Assembly: GCA_026023565.1 (NCBI GenBank)
Contig: JAPETS010000001.1
Location: 744,001 to 808,000, forward strand
Source of the DNA: Cirrosporium novae-zelandiae
Taxonomy: Eukaryota
Direction of reading: 5' to 3'
Length of the DNA: 64,000 nt
The notes beneath the pieces are model-generated. The model worked only from the letters and a program-made list of their open reading frames with translations. It was not told the origin of the DNA and searched no databases. Position numbers and translations under genes: made by a program. Shown in pieces: positions 11,501 to 25,369 of the stretch. Every line of letters starts with the position of its first letter. Within the stretch, counting starts at the first letter, position 1.

Positions 11501-13629
11501 AGATTCCTCCAAGTGTAGGCTTTCTGTTGACAGCAACTCCAACTCTACGCCCGGGTGCTGCCACATGCTTAGAATTGGTAGCAGCGGTATCTTTATCGCG
11601 AACAGCAGAAGCGGCTAGTAGCACTTCTCCGAGGAAAGGGTTGGTTGAATTCTTCAAGACCTCCAGATGTTCATCAGGGACAGTATCCCTGTTCTTTTCA
11701 ATAAACCCATCTGATTCGTAGGTAACATCCAAAGCATAATGACACACTGTGAAAGATGACCTGCCGAATCTCGGTTTCTTATAGGACTTCTGCTTGTCTC
11801 CGGCAAAGTTGTGGTGTAATTTGTTAACGAACTGATCATCGGAACCCATTGGAAGACGCGACTCTTCATCGAGGAGCGACAGAACCCCAAGTTTACCTTC
11901 GATCAAGTCAATACAAGGTTGATTGTCTGAGAAGTCGATGAAAGTCCAGTCAATTTCTTCTCGTAGATATTCTTCCTGTTCGAGCTTAAACACGTGTTGG
12001 TTGAACTCTTGTTGTAACTTCTCGTTTGCATAGTTAATGCAAAATTGTTCAAACGAGTTCTTTGCAAAATGCTCGAAGCCGTAAATATCCAGAACACCAA
12101 TAAATGATATGGCCCTGGCAAGAACTTCGTCGGTAGCCAAACTGCGGTTGATACTCTCGACCAGCCAATCGAAAAGACTAGAGTAGATAAACTTCGCAAC
12201 AGAATCTCGTACTACAATGGCCTGTTGCTGAGTTAGATTCGACACAATCTTCTCTCCCCGAGTAACAAGCTGCTTCTTGACCGTCCATTTTGCAAAATCG
12301 GCATGGTTGATACCCAATAGTTCGCAGGCCTTTACTAGTGATGTATCATTTGCATCCAAACTTGAATCTGTCCGCGTTGCCGTGATTTTCACATTTCCAA
12401 GGTGGAGAAGTGCAGCGAGAAGGCGGAATATAGCCGACTGTTTGTCGTCATTAACGCCAATAGTGGTAAGAGATTTCCGTGTAGCGTCAAACTCGGCCTT
12501 GTCATCAACGCCATCGATATTCGGGGCGCCGCCTTGGTTAAGATAATCGTATTGTTCAACTGGGAGTAGTCCAAGCTCACTTCGTTCAGCATCGGTAGCA
12601 CCAGCAACCAATTGATAAAAAATGTGGTAATTCCTTTCCTTCAAGGGCTGGAAGACTAGTCTCGACCGTTCAAGCAAGTATGTTCTTATCTTTGCGCCAA
12701 TGATCTCCGTCTGTTTATCAAAAATGATCTCTATGTATTTACCGAACCGTGAGGAGTTGTCATTTCTTGTTGTCTTTGCATTACCAAATGCTTCCATGAT
12801 AGGGTTAGTTGCCAAAATCTGTTCCTCAGTCTCGCTCATCATATCATGTCTATTTTGCTTTCGGCTACCAGGCTGATCCGGGGGTTCTCTCGTCGCAAAG
12901 TACCGCATAATATACTTGGCGCTGACAGTTTTTCCAGCACCGGATTCACCGGAGACGACAATTGTTTGATTCTTCCCATCCCGAAGCATATCCCTTTGAT
13001 AATGTTAGCTACCCGTAGAGAAATTGATATAACGCAGCACTGCTTACGCAAAGGCCTCCTCCGCTATGGCAAATAAATGTGGTGCCTGTAATGCTCGCTG
13101 TTTCCCTGCATATATTTGTACCATACCGGGAACATAGAGAGAATCAACTCGAGCAAAGGGATTAGTTGCAATGAGAACGATTCCACTGTATGTGTATATC
13201 TCCTTCTGGTAATACCGTAATTTAATAGCTTGCAGTACTATTTTCCCATATTAGCAACAAGGGTATAATATAGGCCTTGCAGTACACTAACCAGCGGGCT
13301 CATTTAGATGTGAAAGATTGGTTAAGTCTTCACTGGCTTCAAGCATGGCCGGATTCATCAAGGGCGGTAAGTTGCTAGCGGTGCCATCTTCAAGACCAGC
13401 AACGGTTGTTTCGATGGTTTTTGACTATATAACCCCAGTGTTAGCATAGTAGATGCATAAAATGGTAAGAGAGTTCAGATGTGGTTGTATGTACCTCTCC
13501 ATTTTCAAGCTGGAAAACCAGTTTGACCTTTTCCCCTTCTATTGTTTTCTCCACCACTTCAGATCCAATCCATCCTTCAGTAGGATCGGGGATCCAGGCT
13601 CTGGTCCCCTCATCGTAAGTTGTAGCCAT
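8545..13629 (-). CDS. MYO2: Class V myosin (Myo2/MyoE)
   Basis: GESGAGKT P-loop, NDNSSRFGK, DIYGFE, IQ repeats, coiled coil and DIL cargo domain. Three short 5' exons, one long exon and three 3' exons ending ...DAVMA TAG at 8547-8545. Confidence 0.97.
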
Positions 13630-14533
13630 GATTGGGCTATAAGATCGAACAGGCGGCGGTGACCATGAAGATTAGCTACCAAATCAACTGTGGTTGCAGA
13701 TGTTATGAGACCCAGGCATGAGAAAGGTCAAGAGGTAGGGAGTCGTCCGGGACACTAAGGATGAACAAAAAGAAACAACCAGAGCGACAGGTTTTGCAAA
13801 AAAGATGGGAAGTTGGGGTATTGTCTAAGGAGCTGTCTAAGAAGTTGGCCAGGGAGACTTTTGAGGTTTCCGTCGGCTTCTTGACCCCTAAGCTAAGTAC
13901 GGCTAAAGCAGGAGTGCCGACAACCCCCAACCCCCAACCCCCAGGGCCTCATTGATTGAAGGACGTGAAACACTGACCGCAGAGCAGCCCTACGGAAGAT
14001 GCCAACAGACAACAACTCCTTATTAGTCCTTGTAATATAACCTATATGACTTGTATGATTTATATATATTTATATTACCCTTTTGATTTGTAGCATTTTC
14101 TAAGTAGAACTACGATCAAGTACAAAAAAAGAGGGAAAAAAAAAAGAAAAAAAAAATACTCAAGACACTGCCACCACTGCCTAAATATAACAGTTTTAAA
14201 GTAAGCATGAATTTGGCGGAGTTTTTTATTTAAACTCTACCTATTCAGTTCATCTTTTCATCTGAATCCCGACCAGTCATATATTCCACTTGATCGGAGT
14301 TACCAAATCATGGAATTGCCGGCTCTCCTCCCCAAGTTATTCTGAAACTTCGCAGACCTTCCAGAATACCATCTAGTTACTGTACCATCACATCCTGGAA
14401 CCCTTCTAGAGAGAATAATATATACAACTTTGGTTCCCTCTGATAATGATCCAATCAATAATTTCAACTACAAACCAGCTTCTTAATCAGTCACACGTTG
14501 CAACAAATTAGCATTATCATCAAAATCTTATCC

Positions 14534-16234
14534 TCATCGGCCAAACCTCTTGAGTTCCCAGTAACGCAAAGGCGGATAACTGACAGCTGTAAAGATCAGA
14601 GCAAGCTCATTGCCAACATCTCCTCCGCTCTCTCCAATCTTCCCTGATAAACAACCGATGTACCATGTTTGACTCATTCCTAAAATACAGCCAACTATCC
14701 CCAACAAGAAGGCCACTAGACCCGCAATCCCAATGGGAAGTTTCGACTGCGTGTTCCACGATTCAAGATCGTAGTTGTCAAGGCTACCGTCCCGAAAGTA
14801 ATAATGTTCAGTGAATAAAATCACGAAGAAGGCTGTATTCCAATAGCCAAGTAAACTCAAGAAATTCTCCAGGATTTCCGAAAGATGTTCTCTACCAGCG
14901 ATGGCCAACGCTAGAACTACTACAAACATAACCAGACACCAAATAAATCTTGGTACTCTCTTGAACGGTTGGGCGAAAAGTTGGGCAGAAAGTCCTGCGC
15001 TGTAGATGGCGATTGTTGTCATACCGATGGATGCAAGTACAAGAAGAACCAGGAGAAACTTGGCAAAACCTCGAGGGTAAAGGACTGCTTGGAGGAGATA
15101 ACCAACTCCTTCATCGTCATAGATATTTGTCCATTCTGTGTTATTGTTTAATGCAGATGCAACTATACAACCGATTACCATACCAATACAGGTTGGAAAC
15201 GAGATACCGATTGTGACCAAGCTGCATATCTTCCACTTCGGAGTATCCGTAGGATAATGGACATAGTAATCGGAGACAATGGACGACCAAGATGCTGACG
15301 AGCCATAGACAACCGAGAATAGGCTTAGGCAAGCTCCGGAAAACGTGGCACCAGAGACTTGAGCCGGAGTATGGGTATCTGCGAATTTTCCAGCTTCGCC
15401 GTAGAGGATTATGAACACGATAAATGTTGGGATCCAGGAATATTTATCGTATAGTAGCACAGCACGCAAGCCGATAAAACTGATCGTCAGAGCTACAACT
15501 GCGATGATGAAAACGCCAAGAGCAAGTGAGATTTTCCCATCGCAAACAGCTGTAAGGCACAATCCACCGGTAACACAAGCTGTCGTGCACCATCCGATTT
15601 GCTCTATGACGTTTAAGAACGCAATAATCTTCGAAGGATACCAACCGAGACTATACCGACTAATTGCCACTTGTCGGCAACCCGTACCAGGTCCTAGGGT
15701 TGCACACCATCCCTAGATATGTTATTAATTTATGCAATATTGATTCCGTATGGATAATCTTACTGTCACCGCACCCCCAAGGATGGAGGCAAATATCGTT
15801 ATCGGAATGGTCCTAAGTATAAATATTATTCCCCATACTATTGTTATCTATTGAATTACTTGAATTACTTACTGTCTGAGGGCTAATCCAAACTGCCAGC
15901 CAAGAGACCCTGTCGCGAAGCATGAGATATTCATACAACCAGAGAACTATTCAGATGATTAGCATATTTTCATTAGCTGGAATACAAACTAGTAATATAC
16001 CCAAATAAACATTGCATTCAAGATGCTAGGAGGTTTCTTGTCTTCCGGTCGGACTCGATCAGGACCATGCACCTCAACACCGAGTCTTTTGTCTAACCAG
16101 GTCTCATAAAATCTCAAATATCCCATAACCCCTCGTTTGTCAGTGGCCTCGTCCTGGGTGGCCGTATATGGACCCTCAGAGACTCTTACTGTCTTCTCGA
16201 TATCTATTGGTGGCCCCATTGTCGATTCAATCAT
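14534..16234 (-). CDS. FCY2: NCS1-family purine-cytosine permease (Fcy2/FcyB-like)
   Basis: LGVEVHGPDRVRPE, LGPGTGCRQVAISRYSLGW, SDYYVHYP, ENFLSLLGYW, many TM segments, YPPLRYWELKRFGR C-terminus; three short 5' introns. Substrate cannot be determined from sequence. Confidence 0.88.
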
Positions 16235-16846
16235 TGATATCCGTGGTAACGAGAAGGGAGCTGACAGAAGGGTCGGAATTGGCTAGCTGTAGGACCTCAA
16301 TACAACCGAAGTACAAGTTCCACGTCGAGGCTTTATATAAGTCCATGATGGTGACACGGTCAGACACGTGCTAACGTGGCGGTATATACTTATCAGAGTT
16401 TCTAGTAGTTTATCGGTTCAGTCTCAGTTAATGGGAATATAGATCGTCATGCGGGTCGTGTTATGCTAGAATTGTGGAAGGGCTATGCAGTAATGAGAAG
16501 ATTATTCTATTAATTGATATTAGCAATTGACACAACGAGTTGGCCGGCTCGGAAGACAGCCATCTTGGACCTATTTAAAATCAGAAACAAACGGAAAAGG
16601 TCGTGGAAGCATTCTAGATTGATCCGTGCTACTTGCTTGCTAGCAACTGACACCCGATATATCAATAATAGTACGTAGATCAAATGTTTGAAGAACAATC
16701 AAGTGTTTCAATTGTATAGTACTGCTGTCTTCTTGGTAGTTTCTTGTGAGAATGAGCAATATATCAGAATCTTGCTCACTTTTCAAATTGTTAGCGAGCA
16801 TGATATCTACTTTGAGAAAGTTATTCGGGGGTCAATGATTTATTGA

Positions 16847-16880
16847 GACGCGTCGGCGTGAACCTAGAGGGACGCGTCGG
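16847..16880. promoter_or_regulatory. Two GACGCGTCGG copies, each containing an MCB (ACGCGT) element
   Basis: Identical 10-mers at 16847-16856 and 16871-16880 in the divergent permease/SER3 promoter. Confidence 0.45.
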
Positions 16881-16994
16881 ATGATATCGAGTCGTTTAAA
16901 GAGTAGATACCTAGGTACTTAGGTAATTATGGAAAGAGGTACCTGTATGTAGAGACAGGATGGACCTCTTATCCGTTGTACTGTACTAATTATA

Positions 16995-17013
16995 CGATAA
17001 GATAAGGCGATAA
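16995..17013 (+). promoter_or_regulatory. Cluster of three HGATAR sites (AreA/Nit2-type)
   Basis: cGATAA GATAAG gcGATAA in 19 bp, upstream of a nucleobase permease. Confidence 0.5.
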
Positions 17014-17228
17014 AAGAATCCAAAAATGACGCAGTGCCTGAGCTCTAAGGCATTGAGACATATCAAAATATATTCAATATCCTGAATCTTCATATATCCC
17101 CCCATAAGCACTTTCTAATTCATACAAGTCATAGCATTCTACTTTCCGGATCAAGTTGCAGGTTAGCATCTAGACAAAGACAAGCGTTTCAAACCCACCA
17201 CAATGCACCAATCAAATCTCATCCTCAA

Positions 17229-17235
17229 TGAGTCA
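17229..17235 (+). promoter_or_regulatory. Gcn4/CpcA site (TGAGTCA) upstream of SER3
   Basis: aTGAGTCA ~120 bp before the ATG, possibly inside a 5'UTR intron (gttagc 17162, gctaac 17252, aag 17276). Confidence 0.5.
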
Positions 17236-17350
17236 GCTCTCAGGGACAGAAGCTAACAATTTAACATTTGTAAAAGTATTCCTTCGATTTTCTAAATAAT
17301 AACATTCCTCTACCTACACATCAGCATCAAATACCTAAATACCTACTAAA

Positions 17351-18846
17351 ATGATAAGTGCTGCTAGAGATATCGCCGGCAGCGGCAACGCCAACATCAA
17401 TTCCCTCTCCAGGCAAGTTTCGAACAGTTTGGGTATCTCCACCTCTCCTAGCGCAACGTTCCACTCTCCATCCGGCCCCTCAGCAAGTTTTACACAGCGA
17501 CGAGGTGTCACCTCTGCGGCCGCTAAACATCTCAAACCCTTCAACACAAAAGATATTAAAGTCCTGTTGCTTGAAAATGTCAACCAGACCGGCCAAGACA
17601 TCCTCTCCTCGCAGGGCTACCAGGTTGAGTTCATGAAAACCTCGCTCCCCGAAGACCAACTGATCGAAAAAATCCGTGATGTCCATGTCATCGGCATTCG
17701 CTCCAAGACAAAGCTCACTGCCAAAGTCCTCCAAGAAGCAAAAAATCTCATCGTCATTGGCTGTTTCTGCATCGGTACTAACCAAGTCGACCTCGCATAC
17801 GCTGCAAACCATGGCATTGCCGTCTTCAACTCCCCCTTCAGCAACTCCCGCAGTGTTGCCGAACTCATGATCGCTGAAATCATTTCCCTAGCTCGCCAGC
17901 TCGGCGACCGCTCTATGGAAATGCATACCGGCATGTGGCACAAAGTCTCTGCCCGCTGCTGGGAAGTCCGGGGTAAGACTTTAGGAATCATCGGCTATGG
18001 TCACATAGGTTCCCAGCTCTCTGTCCTGGCAGAATCAATGGGCATGAACGTCATATACTACGACATCATCAACCTTATGGCCCTGGGCACGGCACGTCAA
18101 GTACCTACCCTCACAGATCTCCTCCGGGAGGCCGACTTCGTTACCTGCCACGTCCCCGAAACCCCTGACACCAAGAACATGATGGCCGAAGAGCAATTCT
18201 CGCAAATGAAACAGGGCAGCTACCTATTGAACGCCTCCCGCGGTAGTGTAGTCGTAATTCCCGACCTCATCAATGCCATGCGGACCGGCCGGATCGCTGG
18301 TGCAGCACTGGACGTCTATCCTAGCGAACCCGGCGGGAATGGGGACTATTTCAACAATGGCCTCAACACATGGGCGGAGGATCTGCGTAGTTTGAACAAC
18401 ATCATTCTAACGCCCCATATCGGTGGCAGTACAGAAGAAGCCCAATCTGCCATTGGCGTCGAGGTCAGCGAGGCCCTCGTCCGTTATGTGAACGAAGGAT
18501 CCACCGTCGGCTCCGTGAATATGCCCGAAGTTGTCCTCCGCTCTCTGACAATGGATGAACCGAACCACGTGCGCGTCATCTACATCCACAGGAATGTGCC
18601 CGGTGTGCTGCGGCGGGTTAACGAGATCTTGGGCGACCACAACGTCGACAAGCAAATGACAGATAGCAAGGGTGACGTGGCGTACTTAATGGCTGATATT
18701 AGCAACGTCAACGTAGGAGAGATTAAGGATCTGTTCGAAAATCTTGAGGGTCTAAGTTGTATGTATCCTGCTTTTTTATTCATGCTATTACATACCAGCT
18801 AACCAATTCATAACCAGCCCGCCTTATGACCCGTGTCTTGTACTAG
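17351..18846 (+). CDS. SER3: D-3-phosphoglycerate dehydrogenase with C-terminal ACT domain
   Basis: GCFCIGTNQVD, GIIGYGHIG, NASRG, TPHIGGSTEEAQ, HRNVPGVL. One 3' intron approx. 18760-18818, then RLMTRVLY TAG. Confidence 0.97.
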
Positions 18847-19980
18847 CGTTTCCTCTTCTCTCACCTAAAAAGACATGACGATAAATAATAAAGAAAAAAT
18901 GACATTTCAACACAAACGATTCAACATAGATCAGCATACGATCAGAACCACACTTTAACACGGCACACACACCAAAAAATTGAGGGATACCACTAACCTT
19001 GTCTTCTCCTTTTTGTTTCTTTTGGAAGCTCATGCATCAACACGGGAGCGTTTAGGAGCCATCATCATAGTTGTTGTCGTTGGTGGTTTGATTGGGGTGT
19101 AGCATTCAACATGGATTATGAAGCACATAGCATATATCCGAACCAAAAAAAAGCAAGTCTGCCATAACAGTTGACTTGCCACATGAGTTTCTTTTTTAAA
19201 AAAAAACTAGGTTTAGGGTGCTTAGATTCTTTTGTATATACTCACTCACTCTTATGGAGAGTTAGTAACTAGCTGGTTAGCATGACATATATATCCAAAT
19301 ATCCAAACCAAAGTCAATATATCCTATTTATTCTACCATGTTTGCTTGCTTGTATTTGTATTGCATTTTGCATAACAGTATCAATAGTAGTAGTATAACA
19401 TCTTGTCTGTATCCCTCCCCCCCTATAACCCAGTCTCCTAAAACACGAAACGCAAGATATCTTATCTTCCAACTTCATACATGTTTTTAATAAACTCCCA
19501 ACAATACCCCCAAACTTCAAAACCTCTTAAAACACGAAAAGGAAAAGGAGAAAAAAAAGGAACGCCAGGACCATGCATATATATATTGCGTCGCTAGAAG
19601 TAAGAAAAAGGAAGAAGAAAAACAAATATAATGACAATCCCTTTCATCCATTGCTTGTATGCATATATTACATATTCCCAGGAAAGGCGAAAGGGTGATT
19701 GGGATAGGGTAGGATAGGATAGGATAGGAAGAGCCCTTTCTGTTTTCTTATCTCATCGCATCTCATTGTCTCGTGGTAACTGATCGGCCGCTCCGTTGGT
19801 GCTGTCGCCATCGCCGTTGCCGTCACTGCTGTTGGAGCGTGCTCTGGAGCTCTTCTTCCATTGTTTCCTTGATTCTCTTCTTTAATCCCTGCATTCGCAG
19901 TTATACTTCAACATCTCCCCCCCTTTTTCATCCTACAATCCAATCTTATAAAAAAACCCTCACATTCACAACACACCACG

Positions 19981-20790
19981 CTACCTTCTCCCATACCCCC
20001 TCCTCCCACCTCCCTGCTGTTCATCCCCCTGCACCCACGGACTTCCACTCGCAATATAAGGACTCTCCCTCCCTCCACTAAAGCTATTTCCCCTCTCATA
20101 TTGCCCATTGCCTCCCCTCAAACTCCCACTCCCACTTCCAGAACTCGGCGTCGGACTCGCACTCCGCCCGCCCCACAATCTTGCTTTTAATCTCTCCTGT
20201 GCGCTTCCTCCGGATCCGGCTGTAGGCGGTGGCGATGGTGCAGCCGTTCGATATGATTGCTGCTGGGCGAGTGTGGTTTGGTAGGAGCCTGCGCGTTGGG
20301 AGGGGAGGGGGCGGGATGTGTTTGTGGGGGGTTGCAGTTGGTGGTCACCTCCAGATGAGGAAGTAGTATGGTAAGAATCTACTATTGAAGAGGACGAGGG
20401 CGTAGGTCGAGGACCCCCTAGCAGAGCTCTACCAGCTCCTCGTCCAGGCCGTCCAGTTCTCAGACTCAGATTCTGCTGACTTGTGCTTGCGGCGGGATTG
20501 TCCCCGAAGAGATCACCTAGGCCTCGACCAGCTCCGCTCCTTTGGCTCATACTACTTCCTGAGTGAGCGTATGCATATTGGGGCGTTGGCGGTGCTTGGG
20601 GGGCGTTGGGGTCGGGTGGCAACCAAGGTGGAAAGGGTCGACCTTTTTCGGTGTAGTATGCTCGGAGGACGCGAGAGATATGGGAGTCGTCTTCGGTATC
20701 GCCGTCGGATTCGTCCGAGAGGAGTGTGCGGCGGATGGAGTTGTAGCGGGAGGTGGTTGTTGTGAGGAGGTTTTGGAGGTATGAGGACAT
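19981..20790 (-). CDS. MSO1: Mso1-like Sec1-binding exocytosis protein
   Basis: ESDGDTEDDSHISRVLRAYYTEKGRPFPPWLPP matches the Mso1 Sec1-binding region; low-complexity tail with SAQERLKARL; single exon. Confidence 0.85.
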   Translation of the reverse strand: MSSYLQNLLTTTTSRYNSIRRTLLSDESDGDTEDDSHISRVLRAYYTEKGRPFPPWLPPDPNAPQAPPTPQYAYAHSGSSMSQRSGAGRGLGDLFGDNPAASTSQQNLSLRTGRPGRGAGRALLGGPRPTPSSSSIVDSYHTTSSSGGDHQLQPPTNTSRPLPSQRAGSYQTTLAQQQSYRTAAPSPPPTAGSGGSAQERLKARLWGGRSASPTPSSGSGSGSLRGGNGQYERGNSFSGGRESPYIASGSPWVQGDEQQGGGRRGYGRR

Positions 20791-21310
20791 TGTTTCTGCG
20801 TGTATTCTGCGTGGTTTTAGGTGTGGTTTTGAGCAATGGTTGGAAGAATGGTTTGCGTAAATATAAATAATTGTTTGGTTTGTAGTTAAAGGATTTATGG
20901 AGGTTTGAGGAGGTTATGAAGGAGGATTATTTGTGGCGGTGGAGGAGGGGGTGAATGTGTTTCGGGTTGCAGAGGATGAGACTGAGATGTCATGTGTATC
21001 CGGGGTTTCGTGTAGAGTGCGGCGAAGCTCTTCATCAACACCTGCCCCCGATAAAAAAAACATGATCAACATGGTCAACGCTTTTCGCCTGTTATACGTC
21101 CAATTCTACTTTCAATTTCCCGCAAAGTAACTACGAATTACACAAATACCCTCTCATTTCCCCCTTAAGAAAAGTTCCTCGTGGCTTATTACATAAAATA
21201 ACCTTGTATTGATCTTTATCATCGAAATGCTCATTTTTGCAAGGCCTCAATATTATATCCTCATGGTATCATTCTATGAAGAAGAAGACTCTGAATGTAG
21301 CACTAGCTAT

Positions 21311-23365
21311 CTAATTTCTAGTTTTTGCTTCGATCGGGTATTGAAGCACCTCCTGCCGGAATCTTGGTCTTTGGGCCACCTGCTTTACCCTTGGCCTTTT
21401 GGGAGGTGCTGTCTTTTGGAAGCTCCTTGGTGTAGGGGAGGAACTCTGGCGATCCTGGGATATACTTTCGGAGAACTTCGGGAACAAGCACACCGTCACC
21501 AAGTACAGTTCCCTATAATTCCGAATTAGCACACTCTAGCAGTATCCCTCAGGAAGGAGCCATACATCAGCTGTCTTGTGGCCCACTCTTTGATAGTTCT
21601 CAAGAACGCAGCAAAGCGCCCTCTCAGTAGCACAGAGTGTACAGTTCAAAGCATGAACAAACTTCTTTTTTATGTCAGTTTGGGTCTTTGTACCATAACG
21701 AATATCTAGAGCTCTGCTTTGATAGTCTGTGCAATTTGAGCATGAAACCAATTCCTTGTATTCGCCCTGGAATGGAAACCAAGCTTCTAGATCATATTTT
21801 TTCGAGGCAGCATTGTTGAGAGCACCGGATACAATAGCAACAACACGGTAGGGAAGGCCGAGAGACTTGTAGAATTCTTCGGCATTGCCGATCATGTTAT
21901 CGAATGCCTCCCAAGAGTCTTCAGGCTTAGTGAAGATGAACTGCTCAATCTATTTGGGGTTAGGAGTTACCATGAAAAGGAGCCTAGACGTGACCAACCT
22001 TTTCGAATTGGTGTATTCTAAACAGCCCCCAGGCATCTTTACCGTGAGAGCCGGCCTCTTTTCGATAGCACGTTGAGTATCCGGCATACTTAATGGGAAG
22101 ATCTTTCTCTTGCAACCACTCTCCACTGTGTAGCGCCGAGATGGGTTGTTCTGAGGTTGCAATTAAGTATTTATCTGTTTCTTTGGTGCCATCTTCGGTG
22201 ACCTAACTCTATCATTAACGGAGGAGCTAAAAAATCATAATATAAGCAACTCACTTTATAAAGAGCTTCGTCAAAATCCTCGAGTTGTGCAGTCTTAGCC
22301 ACTGTATTTCCAAATTAGCATCCTTAAATATGATACCTCTGTCTAGGGAATGGGTATATGCGCGGAGGTAATATATACGCACTGTAGTCCCTCAGCATAA
22401 AATGTGGAGGCTGGTTTGGTTTAAAGCCCTTGTTGTATAGAAACTCCAAGCCATAGTGAACTAAGGCGAGATTCAAGAATAGCCCTATTCCGGTCAAGCA
22501 GTACCCCCTGATATGGTTCAGCACAATAATTAACATATCGACTAGGAAACCTACCTATGACCTACGATTTTTACGCCTCTTTCAGGATCGTATCTGCAAT
22601 GGAATATCTCGGTTAGCCATAACGAAAGGCAATGATATGACAAAAGCTAGGTGAGGTAGATGCAGGTTGTAAGTTCGCAGAATAGTGCGGAGGAGAAAAA
22701 GAAGATCAAGGTTAATCATACCCATCTATTCTGGTCAGGACCTCATGGTGGGACATACAGTCTTTCTTCTCAACTGTTACCCCTTCAGGTGCCCATTTCC
22801 TGATCAATTCGTTATCTTCCTGAGGTTGATATCTTAGCATATAGCCGCAGGATCTATCTATCTGAGGCGCATACTTCATCATTGCCAACTGGGACGGAAT
22901 CGTGCACATAATTGCCAATAGTGTTGAGTGTTTTCCTCACTTGCGCCTCCTTCTCGGCCGCTAAGTCTTCCATGTCCTTCTTCTCCTTCTCAAGACTGGC
23001 TTTCTGGGCTAGTAGCTCGCTGGCATCTTCTTTCGCCTATACCCCAGGGTCCAATGATCAGATTTGCTAGGCCAGCTAATCGTCCGGGAAGAGAATATAT
23101 ACCCGTTTCTTAAGGCCGATTTCTTTTTGAGTACTATTTATTTTAGTGCCCACTTGGGAAGCTTGGTATCTTGCTGTAGAGAATATGAAATTAGTATAGA
23201 TAGAGCATATAATTCATCAGAAGGAAGCTTACTGGCTCTGGCATCTTCCCAAAGCTTTATGACTTCGTCTACAACCTCTTCGCTGGCATATCTTCGTTTC
23301 TGACTTTCTAGGACTTTCTTAGGGTCACCACCCTTATCGGTGATAAAATCGAAGACGTCAAGCAT
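21311..23365 (-). CDS. SES1: Cytoplasmic seryl-tRNA synthetase
   Basis: [80 protein letters not shown]; about 9 introns. Confidence 0.97.
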
Positions 23366-23469
23366 GATTCGGGATTGTGATAACAACAGAAAAAATGTTT
23401 AGAAGAAAAGTCCAGGGTTTTCGGCCAAGTTTCAATTATCTAGGGCAACGTGAAGACGTGGGGTGTTTT

Positions 23470-23476
23470 TGAGTCA
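23470..23476 (+). promoter_or_regulatory. Gcn4/CpcA site upstream of SES1
   Basis: TGAGTCA ~105 bp upstream of the SES1 ATG. Confidence 0.5.
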
Positions 23477-24142
23477 GACAGGGGTGCCTGTTTGGGCACA
23501 AAACACCGGATCTCCGACTTCTCGGAAGCTAACCCTTTCTGGACTCTTTCCTGACCCCTGCAATTGCTTTGAAGCAGTCCGTGGCATCGGACGCAATCCA
23601 ATTTGAGATGTCCACTTTAGGGCCGAGAATTGTACTGTAACTCGACCTTGGACCGTATGACCTGTAGCTATAATGTATTGTATTCCATTAAATCTTCATA
23701 AGCTGCAATTTATCATTGAAAATATATACCATCTCCCATATAATAACCACACCTCCAATCTCTTCCCTATCAGTCACAGAGCATGCAATTCGCATTGCCT
23801 TCATCACGTCTACAGTAATACCCAAAATCCCAACTTCGATCCTACGTCGTACTCGAGTCATCTTCAAACAGAGATAATCCAAGCCAATGCCCCCCATCTC
23901 AAACTCCTTACCCAAAATCAGAAACATGGAACGAGCCGCCACCAATAATTCCCATATATCCCAATCCACCATCAACCCTTGTTAGAAAAAAAATGTCTCA
24001 CCTATATAAAGTCACGACTATGATGCAAATCGGATATCTCATGGCTGTTGGAAGTCCCCTGAAAATTTTCATTTCCCGCTTGAGCGTTGAATGTCTGACC
24101 CGGTAGCCGTGGCTCGCAAACGCCGAAAATATATCCATCGCA

Positions 24143-24889
24143 TCACATCATGAGGCAATTCTTACCGCCGGCAGGCTGTGAAGGATTTTGAGATTTTTCA
24201 ATCTCTCCAATCATCATGGTGAACGCTTCGGCGACATTTGTATTTGTTCGTGCACTGGCTTCTGTCCATGCGCAACTGAATTCCTCGCCGAGCTTCCTGC
24301 CTTCCTCACTTGATACCCGTCTCATATCACTCCTCAAGTCGCTCTTATTCCCTACAATAACGAGGGGGATTGATTCGGCGCCCTGGGTTGCTTATAAGCG
24401 TATGTTCTGTAGGTTCTATGAACAGGAAGCTGGGGCTTACCAGGTGATTCAATATCTTATCTCGGATGACTTGGACCATATCGAAGGATTGCTTGGACGC
24501 CACTGAGTAAACCAACATGTATCCATGGATCCCAATGAAGTGTTTTGAATTTAAAATGCTGTATTCATCCTGCAAGCCATGATGGATTAGAAAAAGTCCA
24601 CTAGCATATTTTACAATCGAGGGTGGACTACCTGACCAGCCGTGTCCACGATCTCAGTTGCGAAGTCCTGGCCGTGATATTTGATTACTTTGCTAAAAGT
24701 ATTTTCGATCGTGGGGTAGTAGCTTTCGACGAAATGTCCCTCAACAAATTGGACGGTAAGTGATGATTTGCCTTTACCAACCAGTCAGCGGACTTCAAGG
24801 GCGAATTTGAGCGTGTTCATGCGGTGTAACGTACCGACAGATCGACTTCCGACGATGGCAATCTTACGCTGTTTGGGAGACGTTGGCAT
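24143..24889 (-). CDS. RHB1: Rheb small GTPase
   Basis: GSRSVGKS, YYPTIENTF, DTAGQDEYSI, VGNKSDL, EASA, CAAX CLMM; three introns. Confidence 0.97.
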
Positions 24890-25369
24890 TTCGGATGAGT
24901 ATGATAATAACGTGAATTTGATATGATGGGGAAGGTAGACACTCGCACAAAATATAAATTGGAGGATTCAAAGCACAATGTTCTTTTTAGAATGTACCGC
25001 AGGATTCACTCGTAATTAGCGGGGATGACAGATCAAACTCAAGAACCATTCAACGAAAGCGCAATTCCAAAGCAAAAACAACGAGTGAAAAAGGACTTTC
25101 AGAATCAAATCAAATCAATTATTCTCCGTGGAAAATTGAGCGAGTTCCATGATAGGGTAGTAATGGGTAGCAATGGGGCAGCACTTGAATCTCTCGATGA
25201 GCTCAGAAGCTCAGAATGCCGTAGCCGCCCTAACGGAAACCGGATTCGGCCTCGAAGGTTATTCGGGCCAAAGTCAGCGCTAATCTTTTAGGGGAATAGA
25301 TCTCTCCAACGATTAAAGCCCCTCACGCCCCTGTTCAAACCCCAAACTTCCCAAATTCCCTCAATCTCC

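Noticed and set aside
22597..22722. Apparent duplicated GYD followed by a stop in SES1, suggesting a pseudogene or duplication
   Set aside because: Coincidence: GTATGA is the intron donor and normal splicing restores IDGYDPERG.
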